Assembly (NCBI GenBank): GCA_002633005.1
Contig: NMRA01000008.1
Coordinates: forward strand, 1,586,567 to 1,650,566
Origin: Phoronis australis
Taxonomy: Eukaryota > Animalia > Phoronida
DNA length: 64,000 nucleotides
Direction of reading: 5' to 3'
The stretch's first letter is position 1, and each line of letters opens with the position of its first letter. The notes beneath the pieces are model-generated. The model saw only the letters and a list, made by a program, of their open reading frames with translations. It did no database searches and had not been told where the DNA came from. Position numbers and translations under genes: made by a program. This document shows positions 23,201 to 34,800 of this stretch, in pieces.

Positions 23201-25902
23201 TGTACAGTAACTGTACTCTTGATTTCAGATGACAACTCATTCTACAGAGCTGTTGTTGAAATGACCAACCCCAGTGGGGACACGTGTGTAGTCAGATACG
23301 TTGACTACGGCAACCGGGAGGAAGTACCCATCTCTAGAACTCGACAAGTCTACCCTGGCTACATGAGCATGCCTGTCCTGGCTTTTAAATGTCAACTGGC
23401 TGGTTTGTACACCATTTCATTGTGCCTTTCAGCTAGTAGGTTTGCTGTAATTTACTTCTATAAGAATCCACGACTTAATACAGTCAACATCCTTATTGAT
23501 ACGCTGCATTCTAGTAAAATCAATTTATTGTCTTTTGGTACAAATCAATCCAAAGGGGTTCACAGTCGAGCCATTACATCATATTGCGTCTTTTGAATTT
23601 ATTTGCTTCTTGAAGATGGCAGACTTATAGTGCTATCTATGGCCAATCGGGCTGCGAACTCGTCTGACATGTTGTGTTTGTTTAACAGGATATGTGGCGG
23701 TGGGTGAACCATGGAACCTAGCTCAACAGAGCACGTTTTCGACAATCATGACGGGAAAAGTTCTGGACGCCGAGTTCGTCAAAGTTGTTGGTGACACTCA
23801 CGTGATAAAGCTGTCCCAAGAAAACGGCAAAGTTATAGGTTCGTCCTTGATTGAACGTAACACTGTTTTTGTTAACTTTCACATTAACATGAAAACTGTT
23901 AATCGTAGCAAAAGATGCGAGTTGGAAACTTCTGAAGTAACTGTCATGTTACAACGAAGTCCACGGATAGTGTAAAACCCACATTACGTGTTTTAATTAA
24001 GTGTAATGTGAATACTTAGGGAGACATTTGGTCAGTCATTTGATTATCATCTCGGATCTATGATGGCAGATCTTCATATTCTGATTATGTAACTTGAAGT
24101 TGGGCACTGTAAAGGTGTGGCAATCAGATGTGACTAGCTAGAATTGTTGGCACTTCACGCTTGACTGCTAAGGAGAATGATTAACTAATTGCTAGAAAAC
24201 TTATGTTGTGTTTCCTGTTGCTGGACAATCCGCATTTTGTCACCAGAAAAATGCAACATTCAATTTGTGAAATGCCATATCTTCTGTCCATGCGCGTGTG
24301 AATTCATATGAATATTTCTAAAAATCTGGAATTTTTACAGGTGATCTGTTGGTCGCTGCTGGCTTGACTGCTCCCAAAGAACAACATGTTGCCCCCAAAG
24401 AACAACAAGTTGCTCCCAAAGAACAACATGTCACCCCAAAGCCTTCCTTACCAGTTCAGAGTGCCACTTCCCTCACCACTGCAGGAGCCGCTTCTGGTTA
24501 GTAACAGTCATGTGCAGACGAATATACGACATTCACTCACGTAATAATGTTCCATTCTGGAAATCCCATTTTTCTCTAATGCAGAACACCTGTTCTACGC
24601 TCCACCTTTAGTGAATAACGTTTACACGGTTACAATATACCAATTTCGATGTCCCGGTGGGTAGCTACCGACTTTACAGTGAATCAGCGCATGGGAGTCT
24701 AAAAATTGGATGGTGCGACTCCTCAATTCCATATTTGTGCTCAGCACATGATGCATAAGCCCAGGATTTTCTGCTCGCAGCTGGGCATGCACTTGGACAG
24801 TCTTACATACGGAAAACTGGGAGTAAAAGGTTCTTAGGTTATTTTATTTTCTCTAAAAAGTTGATTTTGTTATAGCGAACCTCAGTTGCAAAGAACGTCT
24901 TCGTTACTAGTGTTGTAACTAGGTTCGACTGTAGTTCCCAGAGCCTGTCAACACTAACGTGACCAAAAAAATTATGAGCATATGGAAAGTATAAAGTAAG
25001 TTGTAATATCAGCCGTGATATTTTCAAGTCTCATTTGGGTAACCGCCCTTTTTAAAATTGTCAAAAAATTCCATTTTTAGTTCCCATGCTCTCTTGTATG
25101 TGACTTCATGCCATGCAACAAATTTTCACGTTTGTTTAAGCTCCCTGATCATAACCAGTTTTAGTACTACATCAGATGGTGTATATGCCTAGATAAGACA
25201 TATCTTAAATTTCAGCCAATTCTAAGATAAAACTGGAATTTATATCAAATCCATTTCAAGACAGAGATCTTAAAGTTTTTGACTTGAATTTTGTTTTAAT
25301 TTTGGCTAACTTACCTGATGTGGAAGTTTCAACGTTGGAAGTTGAGACAAATCTTAGACTTACGTCAAAAATGAACTTATGTCAGCTTCTTGGAACGGGT
25401 TCCTGTCCTCCAAATTACAGGCCAGCTCAGATGTAGAGCTGTGTGCTTTGAATGCAAATGAGGTCAGCGTACAGTTTGCATCTGCACCTGTGACGTTTTC
25501 GGATGTTACTTTTATCTTGGGAGCATAAACCTTGTAATATGCACGTGAGGTGAGCCAAATGCTTAGCAACCGATGAACAGTGCATCTCTGGACTACAGCA
25601 AATCTCACTAGCTCACTTGTTGTAACCATTGGGAAGTACACTTATGCTGATGCGCACAATTAAGTTATTAATTTAAGTTAGCGAATATTTTGTCTAGAAT
25701 GATGGTAAACTTCAGCTGAGTTTGTAACTGTGTCTCCACTGGACCTAGTGTGACTCACAGCTGCTGTACTGGATTGTTTCTCAACCCTGATCATAGTCCT
25801 TGTTTTCCAGTTGATGAGGTAGCTGCTCTTAAAGATCAAGTCCAGCAATTGACTGCTATGATGTCACAGTTACTTCAAGCTAGTGCAGCTAAAAACACTT
25901 GA
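2282..25902 (+). CDS. TDRD1: Tudor domain-containing piRNA-pathway protein, TDRD1/Vreteno-like (RRM + MYND + 4 extended Tudor), spliced CDS
   Basis: Phase-consistent GT-AG exon chain: 2282-2418, 2648-2732, 3557-3645, 4982-5123, 6478-6608, 7452-7534, 8037-8139, 8815-8873, 9640-9750, 10086-10238, 11299-11395, 12526-12577, (12675-12690), 13290 or 13307-13685, 14013-14131, 14694-14795, 16102-16320, 17726-17888, 19922-19988, 20261-20470, 20635-21640, 22227-22356, 22768-22875, 23229-23402, 23689-23838, 24341-24496, 25811-25902 (TGA). Total 4350 nt (1449 aa) with the microexon. Four DYGN Tudor cores and a MYND Cys/His pattern. The symbol is family-level; orthology (TDRD1 versus Vreteno) is not established. 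Confidence 0.85.
2648..5123 (+). CDS. RRM domain of the Tudor gene (exons 2648-2732, 3557-3645, 4982-5123)
   Basis: Spliced translation SLYVTGLPKDLTN|EGLANLFMNCGTVLRTNVL...DTVG|FVNMKTLSGAERAIAQKNGFPIGGRFRLRVQMS gives RNP2 (LYVTGL) and RNP1-like (VGFVNM) motifs. Confidence 0.85.
4009..4189 (+). mobile_element. MITE family A, copy 2
   Basis: caattgacctatcac...gcgataggtcaattg termini; shares the aaaatggcggcttggaaacg core with the other copies. Confidence 0.85.
5672..6130. mobile_element. hAT-like MITE family B, copy 1 (TIR CAGGGCTTGGAAT)
   Basis: caaggcttggaat...attccaagccctg ends; flanked by a TGTATT direct repeat. Confidence 0.65.
10086..11395 (+). CDS. MYND-type zinc finger of the Tudor gene (exons 10086-10238 and 11299-11395)
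   Basis: Joined translation CVSCGKP|DSAFHCKVCKVPYCGRDCQANDWPKHKEKC matches the zf-MYND pattern C-x2-C...C-x2-C...YC-x3-CQ-x2-DW-x2-H-x3-C. Confidence 0.92.
11445..11691. mobile_element. hAT-like MITE family B, copy 2
   Basis: cagggcttggaat...attccaaaccctg ends; imperfect 8-bp flanks taatgaat/aattgaat. A solo end also occurs near 30177-30193. Confidence 0.65.
14694..17888 (+). CDS. Extended Tudor domain 1 (exons 14694-14795, 16102-16320, 17726-17888)
   Basis: VIVTDFDDPQAFWIQ...GELCAARYSQDHSWYRARV...VLFVDYGN...AIRCSLDGV; typical Tudor-SN extended Tudor motifs. Confidence 0.92.
15674..16004. mobile_element. MITE with CAGAGAATGGA termini
   Basis: cagagaatggattc...gagtccattctctg inverted ends around a non-coding interior. 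Confidence 0.55.
17062..17396. mobile_element. piggyBac-like MITE
   Basis: TTAA followed by ccttttcagtgtcaat on the left; attggcagtgaaaggg followed by ttta on the right (CCY termini, TTAA-like target site). Confidence 0.6.
17987..18098. repeat. Short hairpin/MITE-like palindrome
   Basis: aagcagtagtcact..gaggtcccac..agaaccagt pairs with actggttct..gtgcgagacctc..agtgactattgctt. Confidence 0.65.
20261..21640 (+). CDS. Extended Tudor domains 2 and 3 (exons 20261-20470 and 20635-21640)
   Basis: CAKFSVDNQWYRGHV...VLYLDYGN and ITHVNSPADFYV...GDLCRASIL...VNFIDYGN...PAFAVRCSL, in the largest ORF of the window. Confidence 0.95.
22227..23838 (+). CDS. Extended Tudor domain 4 (exons 22227-22356, 22768-22875, 23229-23402, 23689-23838)
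   Basis: VIVTDTVSPMEFHCQ...GQMVTCLMI|DDNSFYRAVV...VRYVDYGNREEV...PVLAFKCQLAG. Confidence 0.9.
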
Positions 25903-27493
25903 CTTGAAGCCGCTGTTATACACTAAAGCTCTCTAGGTTTCTGTGGAATGTGTATGTTAATTAGTGATATGCCGACCACAACAGCATAAACTGAAAGCAT
26001 TACAGGAATTCTGATTTTTCCAAAGTACTTCAACAGAGGTGTATTGAATGCTGCCTAGGTAACGTAATGTCACTATTACCTTGGGACATCCAGTGTCACA
26101 GAGTGTCAAAAGTTTTGATTTGATTTTTATGTAGTCGTAGGAATCTGGCCATGAAACAGGGTAAGTAAACGCTCCTTGTTTTCTATGGTTGTGCTGTAGT
26201 CGGCTTGGAACTAGTGCCAGTTTTAGATTAAGTAACGAACTTCGTTTTACTGACAAAAACGAATTCTTGAGATTATTCTTGAATGGGATAAACTTGTTGA
26301 ATTTATTAGCTTTGACCAGAGCCAAGAAACAAAGTTTGTTGTTTTTGTGGTTGTATTTCAAATCGCCAATTTTCACCATCGTCTGCCAGACATTTGCTGA
26401 CATCAGGACTGGTGTCTGCCATTATGGACATTTATAGGTTTAGTATTGACCTTAGGGAACACAATCCTTGTGTTTAACATTTCTTTTCCAACTTATAATT
26501 TTGTGGCTTAGGTCACGGAGTAACCAGGAAGAGATGTTAGTTATGAAAGGTTACGTATTGACAGTTAATGTGACATAATAGTTTAACGTAGTTAGTTTTT
26601 ATATTCCATCTCTGTTACTGTTACTGTAACGGAAAGTCATCCATGCGCCTGTGTTGCCTTTAATCTCTACCTGTTAAAAGGATACTAAACCCTGTTTTGA
26701 TGATTTCCACCAGTCCTCGGTCTGTCGCCTGCTAATGCATCATTGCCGTCAATCTTCCAAGTTAAAGGCAGAAATCAACTAAAAACTCCTGCTCTCTGTT
26801 AAAGATTGGACATTACGGTCCTTGGTGGGTGGTCTTTTCCCGCAGTTGCCATGTAATTCACACTTGTCGGTTTAGCAGACTTTAAAAGTAGTTATCAAAA
26901 GCATTGTTTATTTCAGAGAACTGGATGGGAGTCATTTTTAGTATGTGTTAATATGCCGAAACCAGGTTTGGTATCCTTTTAAGGAACAATATGCATTGTC
27001 AGTGTTAAAAAAACTGAACTGTTGATAGCCAGTTAATTTGCTGCGTCAAGAATGTGAAACATCTTCAGTCATAAAAAAACAATTTGTATCATACATTCTT
27101 GTATGGAGTCTGATATGGATAGAGCGACAAGTCGTCCACTCGAGAAATGTTGTCTTAGTAACCTGTGTGGGTGCTTTCAGTGGTAGTCAATTTCATGACA
27201 TTTGCATGGAGAAATCTTGGCTTTTTCAAGCAAGAATTCGTAGTGTGGGTAATAACCTACATTTCCGCCCACAGTTCAACACGCTGTCACAGCTGTCCCC
27301 CAATTTCAGTGATTGCCATACTGTAAAGGTGTCGTATGTACTCGCTACAATCTCACGAAAAAGCAAGACCTCGCAAAATCTCACTTTTGTCTAGTAAAAG
27401 GCGAGTGTTTCACGAGTGTTTGGTGGCTTACTGACATACCCAAACAAAATGGCAGTCACTGTTGTGATTGGTCGGTGAGGTTGGAATGTTGAA

Positions 27494-27674
27494 TAATTAA
27501 CCTATCGCCAGGACTTTGAGTGATGGCTTAAGTTACCAATCAGAACGCAGCAATCTTCACACTCTTTCGTTTCCAAGCTGCCATTTTACCCGACAAACAA
27601 GACGTTGCCTGGTAAAACTTATTGTTTGTTTGTTGACATTTCGCAAGGGGGCGGAGCTTGCGATAGGTCAATTC
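27494..27674 (-). mobile_element. MITE family A, copy 3 (inverted, in the putative Tudor 3' UTR)
   Basis: Reverse complement of the 4009-4189 copy along its whole length. Confidence 0.85.
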
Positions 27675-27879
27675 TGAAGAATTTGTTTCTGTTCCATAAG
27701 CGAAAGAGAAATGGTGACTCATCTCAGGAATTTAGTTTTTGTTACTGCAAGACCTGACAGTTGTAAGTTGGTAACCATGATTAGTCCTTCGACTCAGTTT
27801 AACTTGTGAGGTGTTAACTATCCAGTGAAGGATTACTTTCATTTTGAATCGTGATTTCAGCTTTCGTTACGTTTCTGTT

Positions 27880-27885
27880 AATAAA
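27880..27885 (+). terminator. Candidate poly(A) signal of the Tudor gene (about 2 kb 3' UTR)
   Basis: First AATAAA I noticed downstream of the stop codon, followed by a T/GT-rich tract. Confidence 0.45.
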
Positions 27886-28879
27886 GACTTGTGTACTTTT
27901 ATAGTTCTTGCATTTTCTCTGTTTTTCATAAACAGTGTAAGGAAGCATTAGGCAAATTAGTAATTATCTGTCAACAAAGTACCAAAGAAACTTTAAATTT
28001 TAAGTTATGTTACAAAAACCTACCAGAAATTTCAATAATTGCACCTTGGGCAGATCACCGAAACTCGAAAATTACGGGCAAAAATGTGCCCTCGGTGATT
28101 TTTTGTAAACTGGTGTGTGCTTGTTTAGGAGAACTAGTAACTCAACAATGACAACTGGCAGTCGTGCTTTACAGAAACCAAATACAAATATAGAAATAAT
28201 AAACTGGGAAATCACAATGGCAACAGATACTACAATCAAAACACATACATATTCAAAATATACGGTGGTTGGAAAACGAATAATTGATGCTTGCACAAGT
28301 CGCATTACAGAGAACGAAAGTGTTAAGGTTCAAAGTGCAGAAGAGGTAACATTACCCTTCATCTAATCATCCGCTTCCACAATATGTTGATAATTCAAAT
28401 GCGACAAAGCACTGCTTTCCTACCGTAAGGCAAATGCCCTGGGGGAGACCCTGTGCACATGGCTCTATGGTAACTTCCGACTTGCACCAGAAAAAAATTA
28501 TCCACGGCTACATGCCACAATGACATCAGTCACATCTTGTTCATTAGATTAGAAGCAATTTCTTTACTAAGAAAAACGAACAGTTTGTAACGGCTCTCAT
28601 ACCAGGCACTTAAAAGTTGCGTGTCGAGGCAGGTTTACTTCAACCTCAGAAGCAGTAAGGCCATTAGGGGAATTGCAGAGAACAAAGAATACGAGTGTGA
28701 CAATGACACTCGGGATGACCAAGTGCAACTATAAAGAAAGTCGTTTTTGACACCATAACATGGTTCGTGGCGGCCCTAAGATGAGCTAACACTTACTGAG
28801 TAGTTTGCCAATACAATAAGAAAAAATTTCACAGAGCAGCCAAGCTGATTGGTGCGATGGCAGTACACAAACACTTAAT

Positions 28880-31800
28880 TTAGTGAGACTGAATTTCCTG
28901 GATCTGCAAAGAGCTTTCCTGAGTTGACAATGTCTTTGCTGCTTCAAACAGTTCCCTACACCTGAAAATGAAAAATAACACAGTATAGGACTACAAAAGT
29001 GGGTACACGCAAATAAACAACAAAGGGGCACTTTGTTTGTCGAAAGAAGATTTTCAAGGGATTTTACTTCAAGAAGTCCTGTCCCAGGTGAAATTGGGGG
29101 GTTAACTGCTGCGCCAGTATATGCAGCTGAATAATTATGTAGTTACTGGCATAGGCCCTCTTGGCCGATCACCATATTATGTCTGTAGACATTTGCATTA
29201 TCTCAGTTACTATAATGAAGTCGGTTTAAGTTGCAACAAACCGTTTCAGTTTTCGACAAATCTGGCACCACCCCCACCCTGTGAGAAGGAAATATTTAGT
29301 AACCACGGGCTAAAGTCCAACCCAAACACACTTACTTCTGAAGTTCTTCAGATTCCGCTGCTACTGTGGACTCTAACGAGGAAATGGCCTTGGAGAAAGA
29401 GGTTAAGTTAGGTTCGTGAGTACGGATCATCACGCTTAGTTCCCCAACAAGGTGCTCGCTTTCATTTAAGGCTGCGATGATTTTGGCTGAAACAGGAGTG
29501 CCGATTACATAGAGAAAAATGAAATATTGATTGTGTTCAGAAACGAATAACAGAAAAATAAAAGATGACTAATCATACAATATTAACTAAACATGGCAAC
29601 CAGTGTAAATCAAAAAACAATTTCCTCACTGTGAGAAATGTAATCACCAATTCACGTGCTTATGAACCAGCTCTCCACTTGAAAAAAACAATTAATTTGT
29701 TCCACTTACCATTATGGAGTCACCGTAGCTTTAAATAACACTGATTTGTTTGAGTGACCAAAACATCGAAACAAACAGCACGAAGACACGTTTGGCAAAC
29801 TGTAACAGTACCTTGGTAGTTTTCTTCATCTGAAGGTATGTATACTCCTCTGGCAGGCATTGAATGTCGTGTAGTGTCCAGCGCTCTAGCTAGCACACTG
29901 TACTGTTTTTCCAAGTCGGGCAGGTGACCATGTCCAGCTACCAAGCCAGATGTCTGTTGGAAAACAATTGAATTAAATGGGATTTGGCAAGGTGGCCTCT
30001 CGTGAGTCTGAGCTTTTTATCACCTTGTGAATTGAACTACTGACCCCGCTTCAATCACAAGACCACATACCGTCATGAATTTGGTCTCAAACAGTTCCTA
30101 GTCGAATTGGAAATGATATCAAGATTTCAAAAGAACAAACAGTTTGTTATCGCTTGAGGAAATCCTCTTAAAAGAGGAAAATTCCAAGCCTTGTTTAAAG
30201 CAGAATGCGGGTTTATAACCACTCTAAACATGTTATTATTTCAACTGGCAATTATTTTTTCAAGTGGCATTCCACATTTTGAGTTTTTCATTAAAATCGT
30301 GATTCAACGTTAGTCAAAATGCTTATGCAAAACTAGTTGAAACTGGTCAAACTAACTAATACTAAGTGATTGAAAGCTTTTTTGCTTCGAACTAACGTCA
30401 GTTAGTCGGAATACTCCAATGTGTTCTTTGACTAACGTCAAAATTCTAGACTAAAAATTGGTTTGAAAGTTCCGCATGAAGCAGACGATGATGGTAGCAA
30501 TGGCATGTAAACAGTAGGAACAGCATGTTCTGGGACCCACACGATAAACAACTTGTAGCTAGGCACGTGACAACTGTGTCTGAATGAGTGACAAAAACGA
30601 GCAACAAACCGTCCTGGTGAAAGCTTCTTGCTCTCTGACGATTAAGTGACAAAATCTAATAACTTGCGAACTAACAGAACGGTGCTTTTGTGAATAACAT
30701 GAAGGATTAGTCATATTTGAGCATGAGGTAACTGCAGTATATTTTGCGGAATAAATCCATAATTCAGTTACTTACAACACTTTAAGACCCATGTTTTGGG
30801 GCAGAATTTTTTGTTGTTTCTTTGTATGGGTTAACTTCTCGAATAACACATGACGAACCCATGCACCAAATGAAGTTACTCATTGGTTGCAAGAATGAGA
30901 AGATTCAACTTGATTTATCCCGGTTCAAAATTTGCCACTTCACCTTGACTTGGTTAACACTGCGTGTAGTTAGTATAATGCAGTAATGCCTTCCTGATGC
31001 ACAAATTGACATTGCTCACTGAGGTCTCATTTTGTTTCTTGACTTTGGTGAATGTAGAGAGGAGGCAGTGTGGCCTGTTTGATAAGTGCCCGCTTTCTTT
31101 ATTCGAGGTCGTGGGTTCGAGTCCCACCAGGACACATTGCTAAACCCTTGAGCCAGGTATCTAACTCCTCAGCTCGGTTTTAACTATATGTTAATAAAGC
31201 ATAAAAATAGTTCCATGTGATTAGTGCAATGGGCCCATAAGCGAGGCCTGCACACGTCTGGTACAACGTGTATCAGACAGCCTGCAATTTTTTTGTTTTG
31301 GTGAATGTAGTGGGCATTAGAAGTACCGCGGTTTAATATAATTTAAAAATATTCTATCATTTGTCCTTTTAATGTCACTCGGGGAGCTTCTGCCCATATG
31401 CGATCAGCACACAAGGAGTATTTATATGACAATACGAGAAATGCAGAAAGAAGTTATCTAAAACTGCGTGTGTCAATGCAATTTGGTCAACTACAGTGAT
31501 TTTTGACAAAACCTTTTGCTCATAATATCACCCAAGTTGCGACCTTACTTCATGCTTTGAGTGTCTCAAATGCTTCTCGAGTGGCATTTGAACCCTTGTA
31601 TTTCAACACTGTTAATGATCAATCAACGCCCATAAGTACCTTCCGAGCGCCTTACGTAACACAACGTAGATTGCTAATCTGAACAGTTTTGACTTTTCTG
31701 TACACAGCTATAAGATATATTTATGCCCACCACCCTTTTTGTGTCTCTGGTGCAGATTCCATGTAAAGCCAAAACAATTCCATCCTTTGATTACCTACAG

Positions 31801-34800
31801 GTTAATACGACACGACATACCAAAACAATTCCACCTCTTGCTTACCTGCAGGTCAATTAGCTCATCCAACATATTGTTGTGTTTCAACCTCTCATACTGC
31901 AGATCTAACTCAGTCAGTCTCTTACGCAACTTGTTGTTTTCTTCCCACAGTCCGTGTAGGGAACCCTAGGAACACAATTAGGAATCATCGCAGCGACTGA
32001 CATCAAAAGTTAAGAGCACAGAACTAGTCTCATTACTGAGAAATCACGGTGATTTCGAACAAAAATAAACGTGTCATTGTCATTTCTTCATTCTTTCAAA
32101 GTCTTCTAACATTGTTAAGACTGCCTACATTTCATAAAACATTGTCTCATGGTAGCTAGGGTTTAGATCTTCAAACTGAGAGAACATTTATTTGGTACAA
32201 CTGATGTTTATGAAAAAAATGAGAAAATGAAATTTTGCTTGTCCACCATATTGTGTCCTAAATTGGTAAAATTTGCTTTATACCCGATTCATAAATGCTC
32301 GTCTCAGGCCCCTAAACACAACGATAAAAGATCAAATTTTGTGTCTGAACCAGAAAGAGTAAGGTGAACCACACTTCAGACCCAGTGGCAGAGCGTCACA
32401 GAGTGACTGGACCTCCTACAACTCACAACTGACTTGTACTTGTGGATTGTTTCTCCACCCTTTTCAAGTATAAACAGTTCACTGTCACACGGCAAGTACG
32501 GACAGCCGTTTTCATTTACCAGTTCTTTTTTCACGAACTGTTACTATTTTCTTCCAAACTCGGTTCTTTTTCTCATGAACCGAACATTATTCTAATTGTT
32601 CACGAGAAGAGTGATGTCGTTCATAAGACAAGAAAAACATTTAATGAGAAAAAAATTCACAGGAAAAGAATTGCGGAAATGAGGAAAGAACTGTATCTTG
32701 CAAGAAAATAATATTAATGAGAAATATACGATGTTCATGACAAAATGCCAGTAGGTGTCATGAAGAAAATTGTGCACTCAAGTTAAGTGCATAATATAAG
32801 TTTAAGTGAATATAGTAAATGGATTCCTAGTTCCTACCATGAACTGCTTCTCTTGCTGTTGAGTGGACTTCCTGGCTTTACACTCCAAGAATAGGGACTG
32901 CAGGTATCTGTTGTGGAGTACATCCAGGTATTGTTGTGTTACCTGGAGACCAGCTGATTTCTGAAGTAAAATATCACTTAGAGTGAGGACAAAAAGCATC
33001 ACCTCTAAGGTAACTGGCTACCTCTGTCACCAAGGGTCAAACATTTCTTAAATAACTTTTTAACCATTGGTGCCAGAGGGATCAAAGAAACAGAATTTGC
33101 AAGTTTCATCCGAAAAAAAATCATTTTGGTGGAAATAGTGGCAATCTCTGAAAAATTGAAGATTTTCAAGGAAAAGACATGGCGTCACAAGATTACAAAC
33201 ACATGGGAATTATCTTTGTGCACACAAAATTCGGTGATCACCAATGATTCAAAAAATGTAAAGTTTAATAAGTCTACTATCAATATTTTAAATTTTTAAA
33301 GAAATTTGACCAGTGATAACGAACTTAAGGTAGCCTACTACAGTAACTGTAGGACATCTACTTGTATGAGGAGTACTTACCTGGGCCTACAGGTAAAGCT
33401 CAGATGCTCGTACCTATGCGCAAAACACATGAGCATATTAAATCAATTTCTTAAAAGATGGGCTTAATCATATAACGTATGATTTTATTTGCTTGCACAG
33501 GGATATCTGCACTTATATGTAGACAGGAAATTGTAAGAAAAACCCGACATATTCAAAATAGAATCTGAAGATGTGTGAAAACTAATTTGATTTCACTTAC
33601 TTCATTTGATAAACCTAGTGTTCTAAAATTTTAAAAGGCGTCATTTTTAAAAGAATGGCTTGCAAAATTTATTTTGAAAATTATTTAAAAATTGGTTCCT
33701 GTACAACGACAACTCGTACTTTATCTGTAGATTCTGATGTATTTCGCACTGTGTCATGGAATGTCTGCTGTTTTGACCCTTGCTTTGTTTTTAACTTCAC
33801 ACTCTGCGTCTGCTTCATAGATAGTTGAGGCTGTAAGATAAAAAACTCAATACACAAAGTTCACATCTGATCGACAAAATCGTGCACCCAAGGTTCCTAC
33901 AGGGAATGTGCGGCTTTCAAGTAAAATGTGGTGACTGGCATCACCAGCAACAAAGAATGCACGAAGTCAAAATACTGTTATTTGTATGGTTTGTTAACAA
34001 TAACTACATCATTTGGCATAGATTATCTATCTAAACCCAACGGTCGGGGATGAAAGTTCGTTTTAAATTAATAACTGGCACCACAGGCATTGAAAAGAAC
34101 TTTCACAACTTAGCGCCCAGAGGACAATTTGTAAAAATGAGAACCATGCGCCCGCCACATTACAATGCGTTAGGTATTCCAAACAAAAAGTACTTGCACT
34201 TGAACAGTAATTAGACATACGTCAGAGCATCATAAGAAACAACTCATTTCAGTTGATGCACATACAGTACAAGACAAAAGTAATCGACAGAAAAAATACC
34301 TTTTCCACTTCACGAAGGCTAATTCTGCCAACAACAAAAATGACTGGTAATGACTATGGTGGCAAAGACAGTAATTGCAGAATGACTTAGTCACCTTGCT
34401 ATATTTCTGGCTAATTCCCGTTCAGTCTCGGTCATTAGGGAAGTCTACACTGATGACAAAATCGACTTTCACACAGCTGTCATGAAGAAGAATTCTGAGG
34501 TATTTCATCTGAATACTTTTGGCGTGTATTGTTACAGTACAAAGCTGGTAAGCAAAATACAGCCCAACGTCATGCTAAGCCTTTAGAAATCATTAGACTA
34601 CTTTGTGAATCTATATATAGTGAACCAAAAGTGACAGCCGGATAAAGAGCTACACCTCACAAACATGGTAAGTAAAGCTCCGTTCAGCTCCCCAAATGCA
34701 AGAACAAGAAGCAGGTTTTTTTTTCAAGAAAGCTTCAAATCACAAACCTCAACGGCTTTAATTCCAGGGCCATGGCCAGAATGGATGCAACATTGACTGT

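Noticed and set aside
25957-27394. ORFs of 148, 82 and 118 aa downstream of the Tudor stop
   Set aside because: No recognisable motifs or splice chain; consistent with chance ORFs in a 3' UTR.
31058-31135. tRNA gene-like sequence (also at about 46640 and 58575-58648)
   Set aside because: These are SINE heads: they continue into a shared non-tRNA body, one has a TSD, and I could not fold a clean cloverleaf.
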